From the NCBI RefSeq assembly GCF_052425735.1, contig NC_135759.1:36890001-36954000 (forward strand): 64,000 nt of DNA. Reading direction: 5' to 3'. The DNA is from Oculina patagonica. Lineage: Eukaryota. Below, in pieces: positions 23,336-36,298 of this stretch. The position numbers were made by a program, and so were the translations under genes. The notes beneath the pieces were generated by a model, which saw nothing but the letters and a program-made list of their open reading frames with translations, searched no databases and had not been told where the DNA came from. Position 1 is the first letter of the stretch, and each line of letters starts with the position of its first letter.

Positions 23336-25156
23336 GACGCCCAAAGAATTGCAATATTTGAGCTTCCCAGCTGTTTTTGTTGACGCGTATCGGCTACCAT
23401 ATTTGTGGTCCTGATGGTATATGAGCTCATATACCAATGCCTGTTAACCAATCAAAACGCAGAGATTACAATATACCATTGCTAGTTTTAATAACAATCA
23501 TAAATGCGCACGTTTTCCATATATGGTCAGAATATTATTGTTATCCGTCACCCGTACATAACGGATATCCTGCGATGTAGGTTAGCTACATCAATTAAGA
23601 TTAGCAACAGGCTCATTGCTAGTTTTAAAAGTTGTTTAACAGTAAAAACTTTCTTGTGCTTTGAATATCACGTACCTTGCTGCCGTTTATTTTCATAGCT
23701 AGCGTCCAGCCTCCATCGCCGCACTCCGGCGTGTTTTCCATTTTGCAATAAATCAGGCTTGTTTGGTCATGGGGTTTTATGTAATAAGCACCACTGGCAA
23801 CATTTCTACGTGAAAAAGAAAAGAAAAATGGACAGCCTACAGCTATAGGACTTGCTAGATAAACAGGACAGGAAAATCTTCAAAGCCCACTCCCTGCAGA
23901 ATTCTGCGCTGTACAATCTACAATCTAATGCTGAAAAAGAAGGCTACAACCTACTCCTTTTGTCAAAAAGCGTTAAGTCATCACACAAAAATGTATACAG
24001 AACGTTATAAAAAAATTTTGGTAAAGACTTTGAAGCAATAAAGACGTTAAATATTTATTATCATTATCAATAAACAGCTACTTTTCATAATATAACTTAC
24101 TACCTTTCAGTAAAGATTTCTTGGCAAGACTTAGCTGGTTTGCTAGGATCATCTCCTAATTCTGTAAAGAGAGTGAAAGGTAATGGAAAAAAATCAGAAG
24201 ATTCGTGAAATACGTTCGTATAACGTGAGATCTCGTCCTGCGAAGTGTAGTTCTGAAAAGAACTGTTTTTAGGGACCAACAGTTCGCTATGCGAACTTCT
24301 AATACTCCAAGGTTCAAACCATATATTATATTCTAGAAATAAATTGAAAAAAGCTAACAAAAGCTTTTAAAGTGAAAAAACATAGTTAAAACTAATAAAG
24401 TGAAATTTCGTTTTCAAATTCAAGGAAAGCTAACAGGGGAAGAACAGTGTTTCAGTGGAAAACAAAAATAAACCGAGCTGATTAGTTACTCTGACCAGAA
24501 ACAAAAAACAGTAATAGAACTCAAACTTGAGCCAAGTTATAGTACCATTAATCATTTCACGACAAAACTGCTTTTTACAATTATTTTCTCTTGACCAGCC
24601 AATTTGTGTTACGTAATACAGAAATAAAAACAAACCATTTTCACGGCAAATTTGCTGCCTAGCTTCACTTTGCAAAGAGTGATTACGGTTAGCTGAGAAG
24701 CTCGCTCAGTGCAATTGCAACTGAACTTTTAATTCTTAGAGCAGTTTTCAGTTGAGTGTCGTAAACCAAAACCAAAGTAATTACTCTGCCAACAGGACGC
24801 AGACAATCCAGTGAACCACAAAACTCGAAGCAAATACATGTAGCCGGCACGAAGCGCGGGAACGGCGCGAGCGAGCACGAGTTTTGGTTAGTCTGAGGGA
24901 GAGTGCGCGAGATTTAAGCCAATCACTAAGTAGCAATGCAAACCAAAGCAAACGCATTAACTTTCGACACTCAAGTGAAAACCGCTCTATTAGGGATTTA
25001 CATTAAGCTGCCATAAATACCTGGTTCAGGTTTTTCTTCTGGAACCGGCTAAAGTGAATACAGAACAAGAAAAGGATGAGTCACTTATTAGCTTTTACCC
25101 ATCTACATTTATTATCAAGCCGGATGATTTCAGAAAAAATACAAGTTGAGTTTCTT

Positions 25157-25222
<66 letters not shown>

Positions 25223-28165
25223 GCTTTATTTAAACTGGAAAGAAATCTATCAGCATTTATAAAAAATGCTGGTCTAACAAGATGTCCAGTAATAAAATTA
25301 AGATTAAAATTACAATACATATAATTTACCTAAAACTACTTTAAAATATATCAAATGCATTGGTATATATAAAAAAAAAAATAGACTGAGCATTTATGAT
25401 TCTTAATGTCAATTTCTTTCAGATGTTTAAAGAGTTGTAGTTTAAAAGAAGATAGTTTATTTGTTTTCATTCTATAGGTAGCGAGTTCCAGTCACTTGCC
25501 CCAGCATGTTTGAAAGTTCTTCTTCCCGATAAGGTTTTGACTTGGGTACATTACATCAAACTATGTTTCTCTTCCCTTAGCTAGGCTATGATGAGCAGAG
25601 GTACGTTCGGACCGATTTATGATCTTTAGACTGCAGAAGCCCATATCTGGCTGTTATTCAGTCAAGACATTGAAACCATCTCTCAGAATTAGCATTCCCG
25701 TATGCTGTAAGAGGCAAGCATGTTTTCCTGGGGCATGCGCACAAAGCAAAATTTTCAGATAAATCACACGAAGCTATCCCCTAGCCCTTTCAAATGAAGC
25801 TGACCAACCGGCAGTCCAGCTAGAGCATAAAGTAACGTTTTAATCAGTGAAGAAAACCCAATTTGTTCAATCGATATTTTGTAACATAACATCGCTTGGA
25901 TAAACCGTTCACTTAAAAAGAACCTGGGTTTCCTAATGGCCTTGGCCACCGATTCCAATTCCAATTTCTACTTTCACAATATCAGGGGTAAAAAGAATTG
26001 CTATAAAAAAGAATTGCAAGCTGGAAATTAAAAGGAATAATAACCCAGAAAAAATTGTAACTTCATAAATTTTCAACTGAATCCTATTATTTTTTTTCGT
26101 CGCTGATTAGTAACATTGTAACTTTAGGAAAAAAATTAAAACTTCACGTGTTCGTGGTCTTTTTTTACATATTAGAATTTTAATAATTTAATTTTAAAAC
26201 AAAATTCTGTTTTAGTATCCGGTTGAAAGACCACGTTTTTATGGAATACGGAGCTATATTTCATCGAGGAAATCCTAGATTCTGTAAAATATCTATAGTA
26301 CAGTCATCATATTGTTTCTTTCTCAGTTAACTACCTTTGGGAACTTTTCGCTTCGGGTGCTTTTAAGTTTGTTTCCACGACAACCAATAGAATGTCTTTA
26401 TTGCTGTTGAATAAATATTTCAAAATTCTTCATAAAATCTTCCTTAAAATCCAAATATTTGCTCTTTTTTTCCTTAGCCGTTGGCTCTGTAAACATAATC
26501 ATACTATTCACACGCACCAATTGCTAGGTTCTACTCGAAAATTTGACACATTAAAAACGTGTTTTATTAAATTGACCATGCGTACTGTTTTGGTAAATTG
26601 CATAATTTGAAGCTGGTAGCAAAATAAAATGAAGGCTTCTGAAATATTGGATACTTAAGCTAGTTCAAACAATACATTCATAAGTGCTGCTTGCTATTCA
26701 ACGATTGAAAGTCCTGCCTCTGTCGGAAATAACATTATGTTACAAATGATTCTCGTATTGCCCATATCATAACACAAATTACAAATTTATCAATTAAAGG
26801 TTACCGCGAAATTAAATTTGTTGTTGTTTTATCTTTTGCCTTTTGGGTCGAAGGAAATTAAAAGAATTGAACTCTTTGTATTAATATTCTCGTCTTCCAA
26901 TTGTCGCGTAGTTATTCGAGGAGGAAAATTAATTTTTAACACAATAAATGAGCAAAATTTTTGAGTGGCGGAATACGTACGTCGTGGACTCTCAGAGAAC
27001 TTGGTTGATTTAATTTGTCATAAATGTATTAAAGGACATAAAGAAAATTCGGGCATGTTTCAGACAGAGAACTATGAGAAAGCATATATTTTTGTTGGCT
27101 TGGAATTGAAGGGGATAAATACGAAAATTGTTAAAAATAACTGAAAATGAAAGGCAAATTTTCCTCAAACCCGTTAAGGGAAAAAGGTTCTCACTTCGAT
27201 ATATTCTTAAGAGATTGGCACTACATGAGCGCTTTAATGTTCTCTTTGTGTGTTTTTTTTTTCTCCTCAAATAATACAAATACAAGAACATTGCAAAATA
27301 TTTTCCCTTAATAATATGTTTTATTTTATATCCTTTTTTCTCGATTTTTAGCCGCTTTTATTTCGTCTCACGCGCTTTGGATAATACGCATTACCCGATT
27401 TAAGCTTGGCTAAAAACATTTAATGGGTGATTTTGTGTATAATGACAATACATATACCAACGTCGTTAAATTATTTATGGTCAGTGCAGCATTTGACAGT
27501 TTTAGGTAAATTATCATAAACTTCGCCGAAATTCAAGCTATCATAAACTTTGAAATTTAGTGAATTCTTGGGCGAGTATTTAAAATGCTGTTTCTTTCAT
27601 CGCAATTTTAAAGTAATGAGCTGATTTTTTTTTGGCGATCGGAATATAATTAACTTGAAATATTGTAAGTTTGAATTTTCCAGGTCACTCGCGTATTTCG
27701 GCTTCCTTTAATTACGACTAAGTTATATACTAAAGCTCACATGCCGCCATAATTCAGTTGCGTACCAAATGTTCGACTGCACAACCCGATTTGCGTTAAA
27801 AGTTATTTTGGCAGAAGCCTCATAAACGTAACTAAACTGTGATATAAAGTAAAAAGTTTCCAATCAATAACTTAGATTACACTTACCCTTATCTGGTGGA
27901 ATATCCAGCCTCTTGAAAATATCACCGACTTGCTGTCGCATTGTTTCTTTATACCACTGGAGTTTATCTCGCAAGTCTTGTTTTCTTTAAAGAAGTTGTA
28001 CGAGATACATCTTGGCTCGTCGTGGCAAGCGTAAAGGCAAGACATCCAATCCACGTTGAAAATCGTTCTTTCTGCATTACCAGGGAAGTAGCCATCTTCC
28101 TGCGTTGTTGAGGCGCCGAGCGAAATTTTGTACAAAAACAAGATAAAAATTGCCGCTAAAAGCAT
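21838..28165 (-). CDS. Secreted PAN/apple-domain + USOMP5-like (uncharacterised skeletal organic matrix protein 5-like) protein, 341 aa, 7 exons
   Basis: Exons 28165-27887, 25048-25021, 24161-24104, 23805-23676, 22794-22714, 22400-22194, 22080-21838; GT-AG, phase-consistent, 1026 nt. Signal peptide MLLAAIFILFLYKISLG; PAN (SCLYACHDEPRCISYNF...TCEIN); KSCQEI...YCKM...CGDGGWTLAMKING; TFKYSSELW; ETK...LCVGMK; EGFN...KVRIG...SRIGFGT...SNSCGNEA...DNGEKSIKAFCYIFIK*. Confidence 0.88.
23190..23495. mobile_element. Non-autonomous element with internal hairpin
   Basis: attccacaagcgcgcgttggatatgagat ... atctcatatccaacaagcgcgagtggaat inverted pair; ends with a ccaatca...ttttaataa motif similar to the 56-kb element. 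Confidence 0.5.
24739..24987. mobile_element. MITE (gagcggttttca family, PIF/Harbinger-like)
   Basis: ta|gagcagttttcagttgagtgtcg ... cgacactcaagtgaaaaccgctc|ta. Confidence 0.8.
25158..25220. repeat. (AAT)n microsatellite (LINE tail)
   Basis: ~20 perfect taa units. Confidence 0.95.
25158..25700 (-). mobile_element. 5'-truncated L2/CR1-group LINE with (ATT)n tail
   Basis: Minus strand ~25527-25477 encodes GRRTFKHAGASDWNSLP (typical ORF2 C-terminal motif); then 3'UTR, AATAAA and the (ATT)~20 tail. 5' boundary approximate. Confidence 0.75.
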
Positions 28166-30632
28166 ATTAACCACTTTTAGTCCGGTAATATTTAAAGGCG
28201 AGACATCACTGCCGCGAAATGTTTTCTTGATGTCAAAATATCTTAAAAGAATTAATCGCTATGAGAAGCAACTTAGAGCTATTTTTTTTCTGCGTGACAA
28301 TTTCAGTTTCTCATCTTTTTATGATGACCAATAAACTTTACGTGTCTATTGTTCAGCATACGGGCTGTTTTCTTTTGTGAATTAAGCCGAAAGCCTTGAA
28401 AAGGAACGCGGGTAGTTAAATGACAAATTAGAATTGGAAATTGGGAATTTCCGACAACTCAGCACTGACGTAACAAAAGAGCGCTTTACGCACTTTACAT
28501 GAATCAATAAAATTAGCTGTTCCATTTTGTTTTGGCAGTTCGCGTCATAATGTGAATGATACTCAATTTAATATAACAAACGTGAGAGGAAAACATGGGT
28601 AAAATTGCGAGTAGTGTAAATAGTGTCACCCTAAAACACGTTTTGGCCAATTTATGTGAAGAAACGGCGCCCATTTGTTTAATAAAGGCCTACATGGGGC
28701 AGGAAAAAATTGATTAAAGTCTTATTAGGGTAATTTACTTCTTTAAAAAAGAAAAATATTTCGACGTCAGTAATAAAAATTGGTGTTTTAGCTTAAAAAA
28801 ATATTTAGCTCGGCTCACTATATTTCTTATTAATAAGTGTTAAATATTTCGCTCGCAGGATGAGTGAAAAAATGATATCTAATGCGTTCACAGGAGATTT
28901 CTTAAAAGAAACATGCAGGCACTCTTAAAACAAAGCATATCACATCATTGTTGGAATATTAAAGCACTTTAGACGTTTCATGACGGCTTTTGATAATGAC
29001 TTTAAAAGTCACTTTTAAAGGCAACGAGATCGGTACAAAAAGCTATGCCTCTTCGCATTTTCTACTTGTTCGGTTTGTCATGAAGCCGTTTTTATGTAAC
29101 CGTCCCGTGGCGTTAAATCTCCTTATATAACTATTGTTTCAACATCCTCTTTCACCGAAATGAGAAACAACAACAACAATTTTACTGACAAAAGGTGCAT
29201 ATTTATGCATCATGTATAGAATGATTGTAAAATGAATGCTCGCAGATGTTTTTGTGTGCCAATTTTAAGCCATTGCAATTAAAGAAGCAGGAAAAACATC
29301 GGAGTTTTATGACTGATATCCCCTTCCGTCTACATTTTCCGTCTTTACTTAAGAAGGAATATTTTGAGATACAGAACTATTCTTATCCTGAGAAAACTTT
29401 CTTATGTTGGTCGTTTATTGGCTAAACTGCAAATAATTCTTGGATTCCCATAACGACCGTCTTTGAGTGATAAGTCCATCAGTTAACTTGTCTTATTTTC
29501 ATCGTGATTTCTCAAATTTCAGGCATAGAAACTTTTTTCGGCTTTCTTTGCTAGTCAAGCACAGTCAAAGAAGTGATTTCCGGCGGTTTCTTTTCTATCA
29601 AAGAAATTCTGAACACTCTCCAAACTTTCACACGGTCAAGTTTTTTGCACTAATTGATAGGTGTTAAGATGCAATCGCTTCATTTAAATGTGTTTTACCG
29701 CCTTGTAAGTTATTTATTATTTAAAGCTCCTCTTTCTCGGCGGCGTAGAAGGAACCAGAATGAGACGGGATGACAAATAGAGTGAGTTTCAATTGAGTCA
29801 CAGAAAACCAAAACCAAAGTAATCACTCTAGTCAATAGGCCTTATCACGGTTTTCGACGCCATTTTGACGAGTAGGCGAAGCGGGTAGACCAAGGCTTTT
29901 TTCAACTGCTATCTTATGGCAGCAAGTTGTCTTCACCCCACACGAACAGTATTCTGTGGGGTAAGGCCGCACAACTCTGAACATCACTGAAACCCATAAT
30001 GGGAAATGTACAAAGTCGTGGGAGGGGGACATGGGGGGTTGCTGAACACCGTATAACCGCAAAAAAAGTCGACAAATATCGCAATACAGCCAAACAAATT
30101 CTTAATATACCGCAATTTCATAGTAAGCCTCTATAGCTGGCAGATTTGTTGACGTAAAATTAACAGAATTAAAAAGAAAGCGAAAACCAAAGAGATAAGA
30201 TAAACTGTCAGGGGAAAAACACCCTCGTGCGAACAACTTTAAAGCCATTCCAGAAAACCCTGATAAAATTAACGATAAGAAAGGGGAAGGCGATAAACAA
30301 AACATATACGCCACGGATTTGGTCAGATAACTGGAGCAAATTCTGGCCCCTACTCGTCTAAAATTCCGGCCATTTTAATCTTCCCCTAAAATTAATGACG
30401 TTCATCCTTTCAAACTTTTAAGAAAAGGTTGCATAACAAGTCAAAAAAGGATAAAATATATAGTTTTTTTTTCATTCAGCAGAACGTGCTGTCTCATCCC
30501 GTGAGTTAAATTGTGAAGTGCATTGAGCTTTGGGAAACACACTAAAAAAAAAACCAAAACAATAAAAAAAAAAAAAAAACAAAATAGAACAAGGTGAAGG
30601 AAATAGTCCTCATCAGATATTCAAGTCAATCG

Positions 30633-31377
30633 TTATTTCTTACTCCAATCATCTTTCTTTTTGTGACGTTTCTTTTTCGGTTTCGGTCGCCATGGTTTCG
30701 GCTGAGCTGCTCGTTCGCGCGCAAGTTCAAGTCTTTGTACTCGGTCCCGTTGTTTCTTTAATTCACTTTTGTGAAGTTTGCACATCGACCTGCCAAATAG
30801 AAAACCAACAAGAACTATTTTTAATCGCAATGGTGTCAATTGATACAACACACATGCACTGGACATTATTACTTATTTATGAGCACCAAAGAACATGCAG
30901 AAGCAAGTTTAAATGCAAGTGCACTTTGAAGAGCCAAGAGCTCTGCCCAGTTGTATTTTTGATGATGCAACGAGTTCTAGCTGTTAAAGTTTAAAATTTT
31001 TCTACATAGCGTTGATATAACTAACTTTCCGACTTTTGGAAGTCGTAACTAATATTTTAAGAGAAGGTATTTTTAAGAAAAATGTTGTATTTTCAATTGA
31101 AACTTAAAAGAATGAAGTTTCACCAAATAATAGAACTATTCTTTTTAGTGTCATACGTGCGCATTCAAAAATTTGCTAAGGAAATTGTAAATTCGTAAAC
31201 TTTTAGTAATGATCTCGTCAACAACCTTGAAACCTTTCGTATCACAGTAAGCTTAATCTCTTACCTCCTCATCTCCATAATGTAGTGAATAGTAAGGTAA
31301 AAAGCGATGGACAAATAATTAATCAACCAGGAATTGATCATTACATCAAACGTGTCTTGCCATGACCAGTTTGTCAT
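30633..31377 (-). CDS. Small single-pass membrane protein with basic coiled tail (89 aa if the ATG at 31377 is used; may be the 3' part of a longer CDS)
   Basis: 31377-31265 (AG|gtaaga) spliced to 30789-30633 (ttggcag|G): MTNWSWQDTFDVMINSWLINYLSIAFYLTIHYIMEMRRSMCKLHKSELKKQRDRVQRLELARERAAQPKPWRPKPKKKRHKKKDDWSKK*. Confidence 0.55.
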
Positions 31378-31722
31378 CTTGATCTGGAATCGTGTCCAGA
31401 TACCTAAAACTGTTAATAAACAAATTCACATTGTACAAGCCAAAGGTTGAAATTGTGCGAACCTGTCCGGCCCGAATGTCGCGGACACCGAGACATTGGC
31501 GACGAGGCCACATGCCCCGGGAGTGGGGGCCCCCGGGGGGGGGGAGGGGGGACCGCCCGCCGAGGGCGGCCCGGGGGAGGGAGGGAGCCGCGACCGGGGG
31601 GGAACCGACCGGGGAACCGCCCGAGAGAGGGGAGTCCCGGGTGTCCCAGGGTGGGGGGAGGGAGACAACACATGGACGGAAGCGCGCCAAGGGCCGGATC
31701 GCCCGGAGAAGCGCATGATCAT
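31346..31722 (-). CDS. Putative small ORF (~105 aa, 2 exons); middle part sequence-corrupted
   Basis: 31722-31463 + 59-nt GT-AG intron + 31403-31346: MIMRFSGRSGPWRASVHVLS...ACGLVANVSVSATFGPDR|YLDTIPDQDDKLVMARHV*. Confidence 0.35.
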
Positions 31723-34700
31723 GAGCGGCGCAAAAGCACCCAATCATCACCACTACCTTATTGCACGAAAAATATATATTTAATTTCGAGACGCTCTTTG
31801 GCCAAAAAGGTTCAAAAATACCAAACTTTCCATTACATGCCTGCAGTCTGATAAAGGCACTTACAAGCAAGGAGAAATTTTGGAAACAATTTGCAGAAAC
31901 ATTGTTCCCGTGAATGTTGTGCGGGCGACCACCTGTTATTTGAACGTTTAAACCTAAAAGATCTTGGGAGAATTTGTCGATTGATATAGAAATTCATTAC
32001 AGAACTCTACACCATGCATTCATTTGCACATCGATTGTAATTTAGAGAAAAAACGAAAGCTATATCGGAATAGTACGCTCAATGATTGCCCGATGATATT
32101 TTAAAGCAATTTTAAAAGGTTGTTTGGCCGACATGCGCGTACTTGTTATTCGATCAATCTACCAATCTTTTACAAACTTAAATATACACAATAAAATTTA
32201 AACGAGCTTACGTTTCGGGTACGCCCATCCTTCTGTCCCGATGTCAGTCACTTCATCCTGGGGACCGGAGCAATCTCTGTGGTTTGTCTTAAAAAATAAC
32301 ACTACTCGCAGACAAAACAGTTTCTGTAGCAGTGTCAACTGGAGCACGCGCCTAACGTTCACACCGGTTGATTTAAATGGGTTGACGAAATCAAACAGTA
32401 CACGCGTCAATTTACGTTCTTAACGCGCTCGTGCGCGAATTTCAGTAAAGCTCAACTGTATGCAAGTGGAGAGATGTTTCTGGTGTGTGTAGTTTGATTC
32501 GGAGAAGTTTCAGTCCAAATTCTGTGTTGCGGTTATTAATCAAAGAAGTAAGAAATAAATGTTTGCATGGTACTGTAGACCTGCAGACCAACTGCAGTTC
32601 CCTTTTTAAGCGCGTGCATGTGCTGCTTCCGCACAGCGCGTTTGTGGGGCTTTAAAATTATTACGCCAAACAGGCAAACAGCCATACTGAGCAACAAGAC
32701 CGATCCTCACAAAAGTAATCTTCTACAGCTGATTAAGTCAATATGACTTCAACCGACTAGTTTTACTGCCTTCTGACATTCAAAGCCCTAATAGTAGCAG
32801 ATGTTTAACATTAAACTTAGACTTCCTTTCGAAAGTTGCGATGTTTTTCAAGAATAAAAATCTGCGATTAAAGACTACTGCGTTTTAAAACAGTAAAAGC
32901 TATAAAAAAACGACGAGCTCAAAGTACGAGTTCAATGAAAAGTTAAAAATACCGCTATACTTTATACGACGCTTACATTTATCTTCGTTGTGCAAGCTTA
33001 TATGTATATTTTTCTTGCGTTAGCATTGCACATCTGAACCAGGCCTAACGCTTTGCGAATAAACGAAACTTTGCGTCTTCTTTTAATTATAAATCTTACC
33101 TTCCTTGTTGGCATTTGCCGAAACAGACAAGGTTCCTAACGCAGTCACAGTTAAAAACACTAAAATTAATAACACTGTCATGTTTCGTAGGTGTCTTTTT
33201 CTTCCGTGTGCACAACACGGTTAAACCATGGATAGTAAAAGGATTTTTGGTTAAACTCGTTTCACTTCGCCGTACGAACGGAACTGAAAAGTACTGACGT
33301 CATAAAGGCCGCAACACTTGATTTTTTTTACAACGCGCTCATCTGCGTGAGCACCAGTTTGAACTGATTAACGTGCGGTCTGACTGACGCATCTTTGTCT
33401 CCACCCACCCTGCCAGCAGAGCCCTTTCTTTTCCGCTGATATACTTGACAATTCTCAGCCGCGGGGAAGTTAAAAGAGGCTCTGCTCGCAGGGCGGTCCT
33501 CATCTCGTTAACATTTCTTAACATATCTTAAAATGCCTGGCCAAACGCACACAACATTTCAACCCAACACTGCGAGATTTCAAGGAGCTGACCAAACGTA
33601 CGTAACATTTCAACGTAACAAAGCGCAACATCGTTGTGCACAAGTGTTGCACACATTTGGCCGCACCGTTACAGTATGTTGTAACATGTTAACTGGAGTC
33701 ATCGATAATATACTGAACAAACGTGTGCGCATTTTGAGACACAAAGGATACAAGCAGATGAAAGTTCTCCGTCTATGGAAACGGTATGTTTTCGCCATAG
33801 CTCTCCCTCTCTTATTGGTGTAGCGGTACCATATCAATAACCGCTCCTGGAATGCGACTTCAGTTCAAATATTGCGACCCAAAATTCCCTTTTGATCTGT
33901 GCTCGGTGCATAAGACTCGCAGCGAAGTGTTGCCGAATAAAATGTTGCGCAAAAAATCGTCCCCGGTACCTTGTTACACGGTGAACGATTTTTCGCGCAA
34001 CATTGTTACGCGAAAAATCGTTGTTGCAAGTTGTCCCGTGTAACACCACCATTAGCATTCGCTTTGACGAACGCTGCTGTCCGCATTCTTTTCCAAGACG
34101 CCAGAAGAAAAAATCTCCCGCTCCGCCAGCGACACACTGGTGTCAATACATCCAAAGATGTTTTTTGAACGCTGCATCATTAGTAGATGGGACCCTCTTC
34201 TAACTATGAACACCAGTGACGTTTAAAGTTATGACATCCCACCACACAAAAATGAAGTTTCCTATCGGCCATATTAAATATATGTATTTTTTCAAAATCG
34301 CCAAAATTGATAATACACGGATGGGAGAACTGTAAAGGCACTACTAATCAAAATTAAAAATGGACGGCGAAAAGTCTAAATTTGGGTAGAGATTCTGCCA
34401 AACCATGGTTGCTAAGGAAACGTCATGTCCTGTATCCATTTAAAATCACCACAAGGTTTTCCGCCCTCCCTCCAGTTCAATTGATCAGAAGTTGTTTTCT
34501 AATGAAGGAAAAATAACCTAACATCCTTTATATAAAGGAAAGGTCATTAGAGTGGCGAATTGCAAGAAAAGCGACTAATGCGACTACTGAAAAGCGTTTT
34601 ATTTTAATATAACTAAATCAATACGCTCAATTAGAAAGCGAAGAAGTTGACATTTTAAAAATCAAAATCTGTACCAATCTATTTGCGATTGGAATTACAA

Positions 34701-34873
34701 TTTATAACTAAGATTTTCCTCTACAAACTGGCAAAATATATTAAAATAGTAATTCCTAGCAAACTATGAACACTTTATAATATCTTTGACAGCCGACGTC
34801 TATTCCTTTACAATTATGCTTGCGTCGCAAACTTGAAAACGGTTAAACATGCAAGGTTCTTGACAGTACTTTG

Positions 34874-35675
34874 CATAGGCGTACGGGCACCTTCGGTCCT
34901 GGGGGGGCGGAGACCTTTTTGCCCGAAAAAATGGCATGGGTTGAAAGCCGAAAAAAGTGGCATATAAAAAAAAATAAAACATGCATTAAAATAGTTATAT
35001 ACAAACTTCGCCTTCTTGCTTTGAGTTCTTCAATTAATTTCGTGGCGTCGTCCGAAGGTGTCAATACATTGAATCCTTTTTCGGAAGTATTTTGTTTATT
35101 CATTTTAGTTCAGCAAAAATTAAATTAATTTTGGGGAGCCAATTTACATTGTTCCCCCCACCCCCCCCCCCCCCCCCCCCCATTTGAAAGTAATAGAAAA
35201 GCGTGTAAAACATTCAGGGATGAATGGGATTTAAAACATTTCGTTGAAAGTTTTAAGCTAGCCCTGAGAACTAAACATCTGAGTCGAAAGCATTAGCTTC
35301 ATTACATTTAAAACAGCTTTGTTTCAAGGTCTTGCACTAAATCCACCGTGCGCAAACACTCAAGCTATGGAAAAGCTGATTGCATTTGAATCAAACTGAG
35401 GGCTCACGCAGAATTTGCGAGAAAAATCGAACATGATTATAGCCATTTGCGAGAAGAAACGAAATTTGGACTTTTGAACCACAAAGGTCGGTATATATTT
35501 CCAGTGCTTTTCCTGCTGATGTAATTCGTTTTGAACGTAATGTTGACTAAACTTTTCGGCTTATTTTCTATTTTTTCTCTAGGCTTATTGCCCGAATTCC
35601 AAGCATTTTGCCCGAAAAATTTTGGCACTGGGGGGGCTGCAGCCCCCCTCGCCCCCCCCGCCTCGTACGCCTATG
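34874..35675. mobile_element. hAT-family non-autonomous element, 8-bp TSD
   Basis: gtactttg|cataggcgtacg ... cgtacgcctatg|gtactttg; subterminal ttgcccgaa motifs. Confidence 0.9.
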
Positions 35676-36298
35676 GTACTTTGATGAAAACGTTCAGTTT
35701 GTTATATAGAACCCACAATATTACTCCTTTTAATAATTGTTACTAGTATATTCCCGCGGTCACTATATTCTCTATAGGGCATCTTGTAATACATTATTCG
35801 CCTTTTTATGTAACATAATATATACTGTTTTGTACAGAGTAAAGCTTCTGGTCCAAAGCGCCTTTCAGGTTGCAAAGGCTCTAGGCGGAACAGAACATCC
35901 GGAATAAGTCGTAAGAGTAATATCATCTCTTCTGATGTAAAACATTAAACTCTAGCTAATATCCGCGGTCGTAGGCAGCGATTAGGTTCTTTGATAGTCA
36001 AAACGATTATCACTATATGATAAGTTCCAACGGCAAAGTCCCAAAAATGTGACAAAAACTATAATTATAGCTTTTAGAGTTACTCTCCACGTTGCACACT
36101 TCAGTACAGCACTCCTTTTTTCTTCGATTTTCTGTAATGAATAAGAAACGTCTGGAGATATCTAAATGAAGCGCAGAAGAACACTCTGGTAATGGCAAAC
36201 GAATATTAAGTTAGAACGAAGCCCTGTGAATCGTTGTGTGTTTCAGCTGTAAGTAGAATAATCGTTCAATTTCTCAAACATTCGAAATGTCTTCCACA

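Noticed and set aside
25076-25324. Poly-Ile ORFs on both strands
   Set aside because: Translation of the (AAT)n LINE tail
32198-32410. 70-aa ORF ending at a gtaagc donor-like site
   Set aside because: No ATG start or homology; more plausibly a 5' UTR exon of the 30.6-31.7 kb locus
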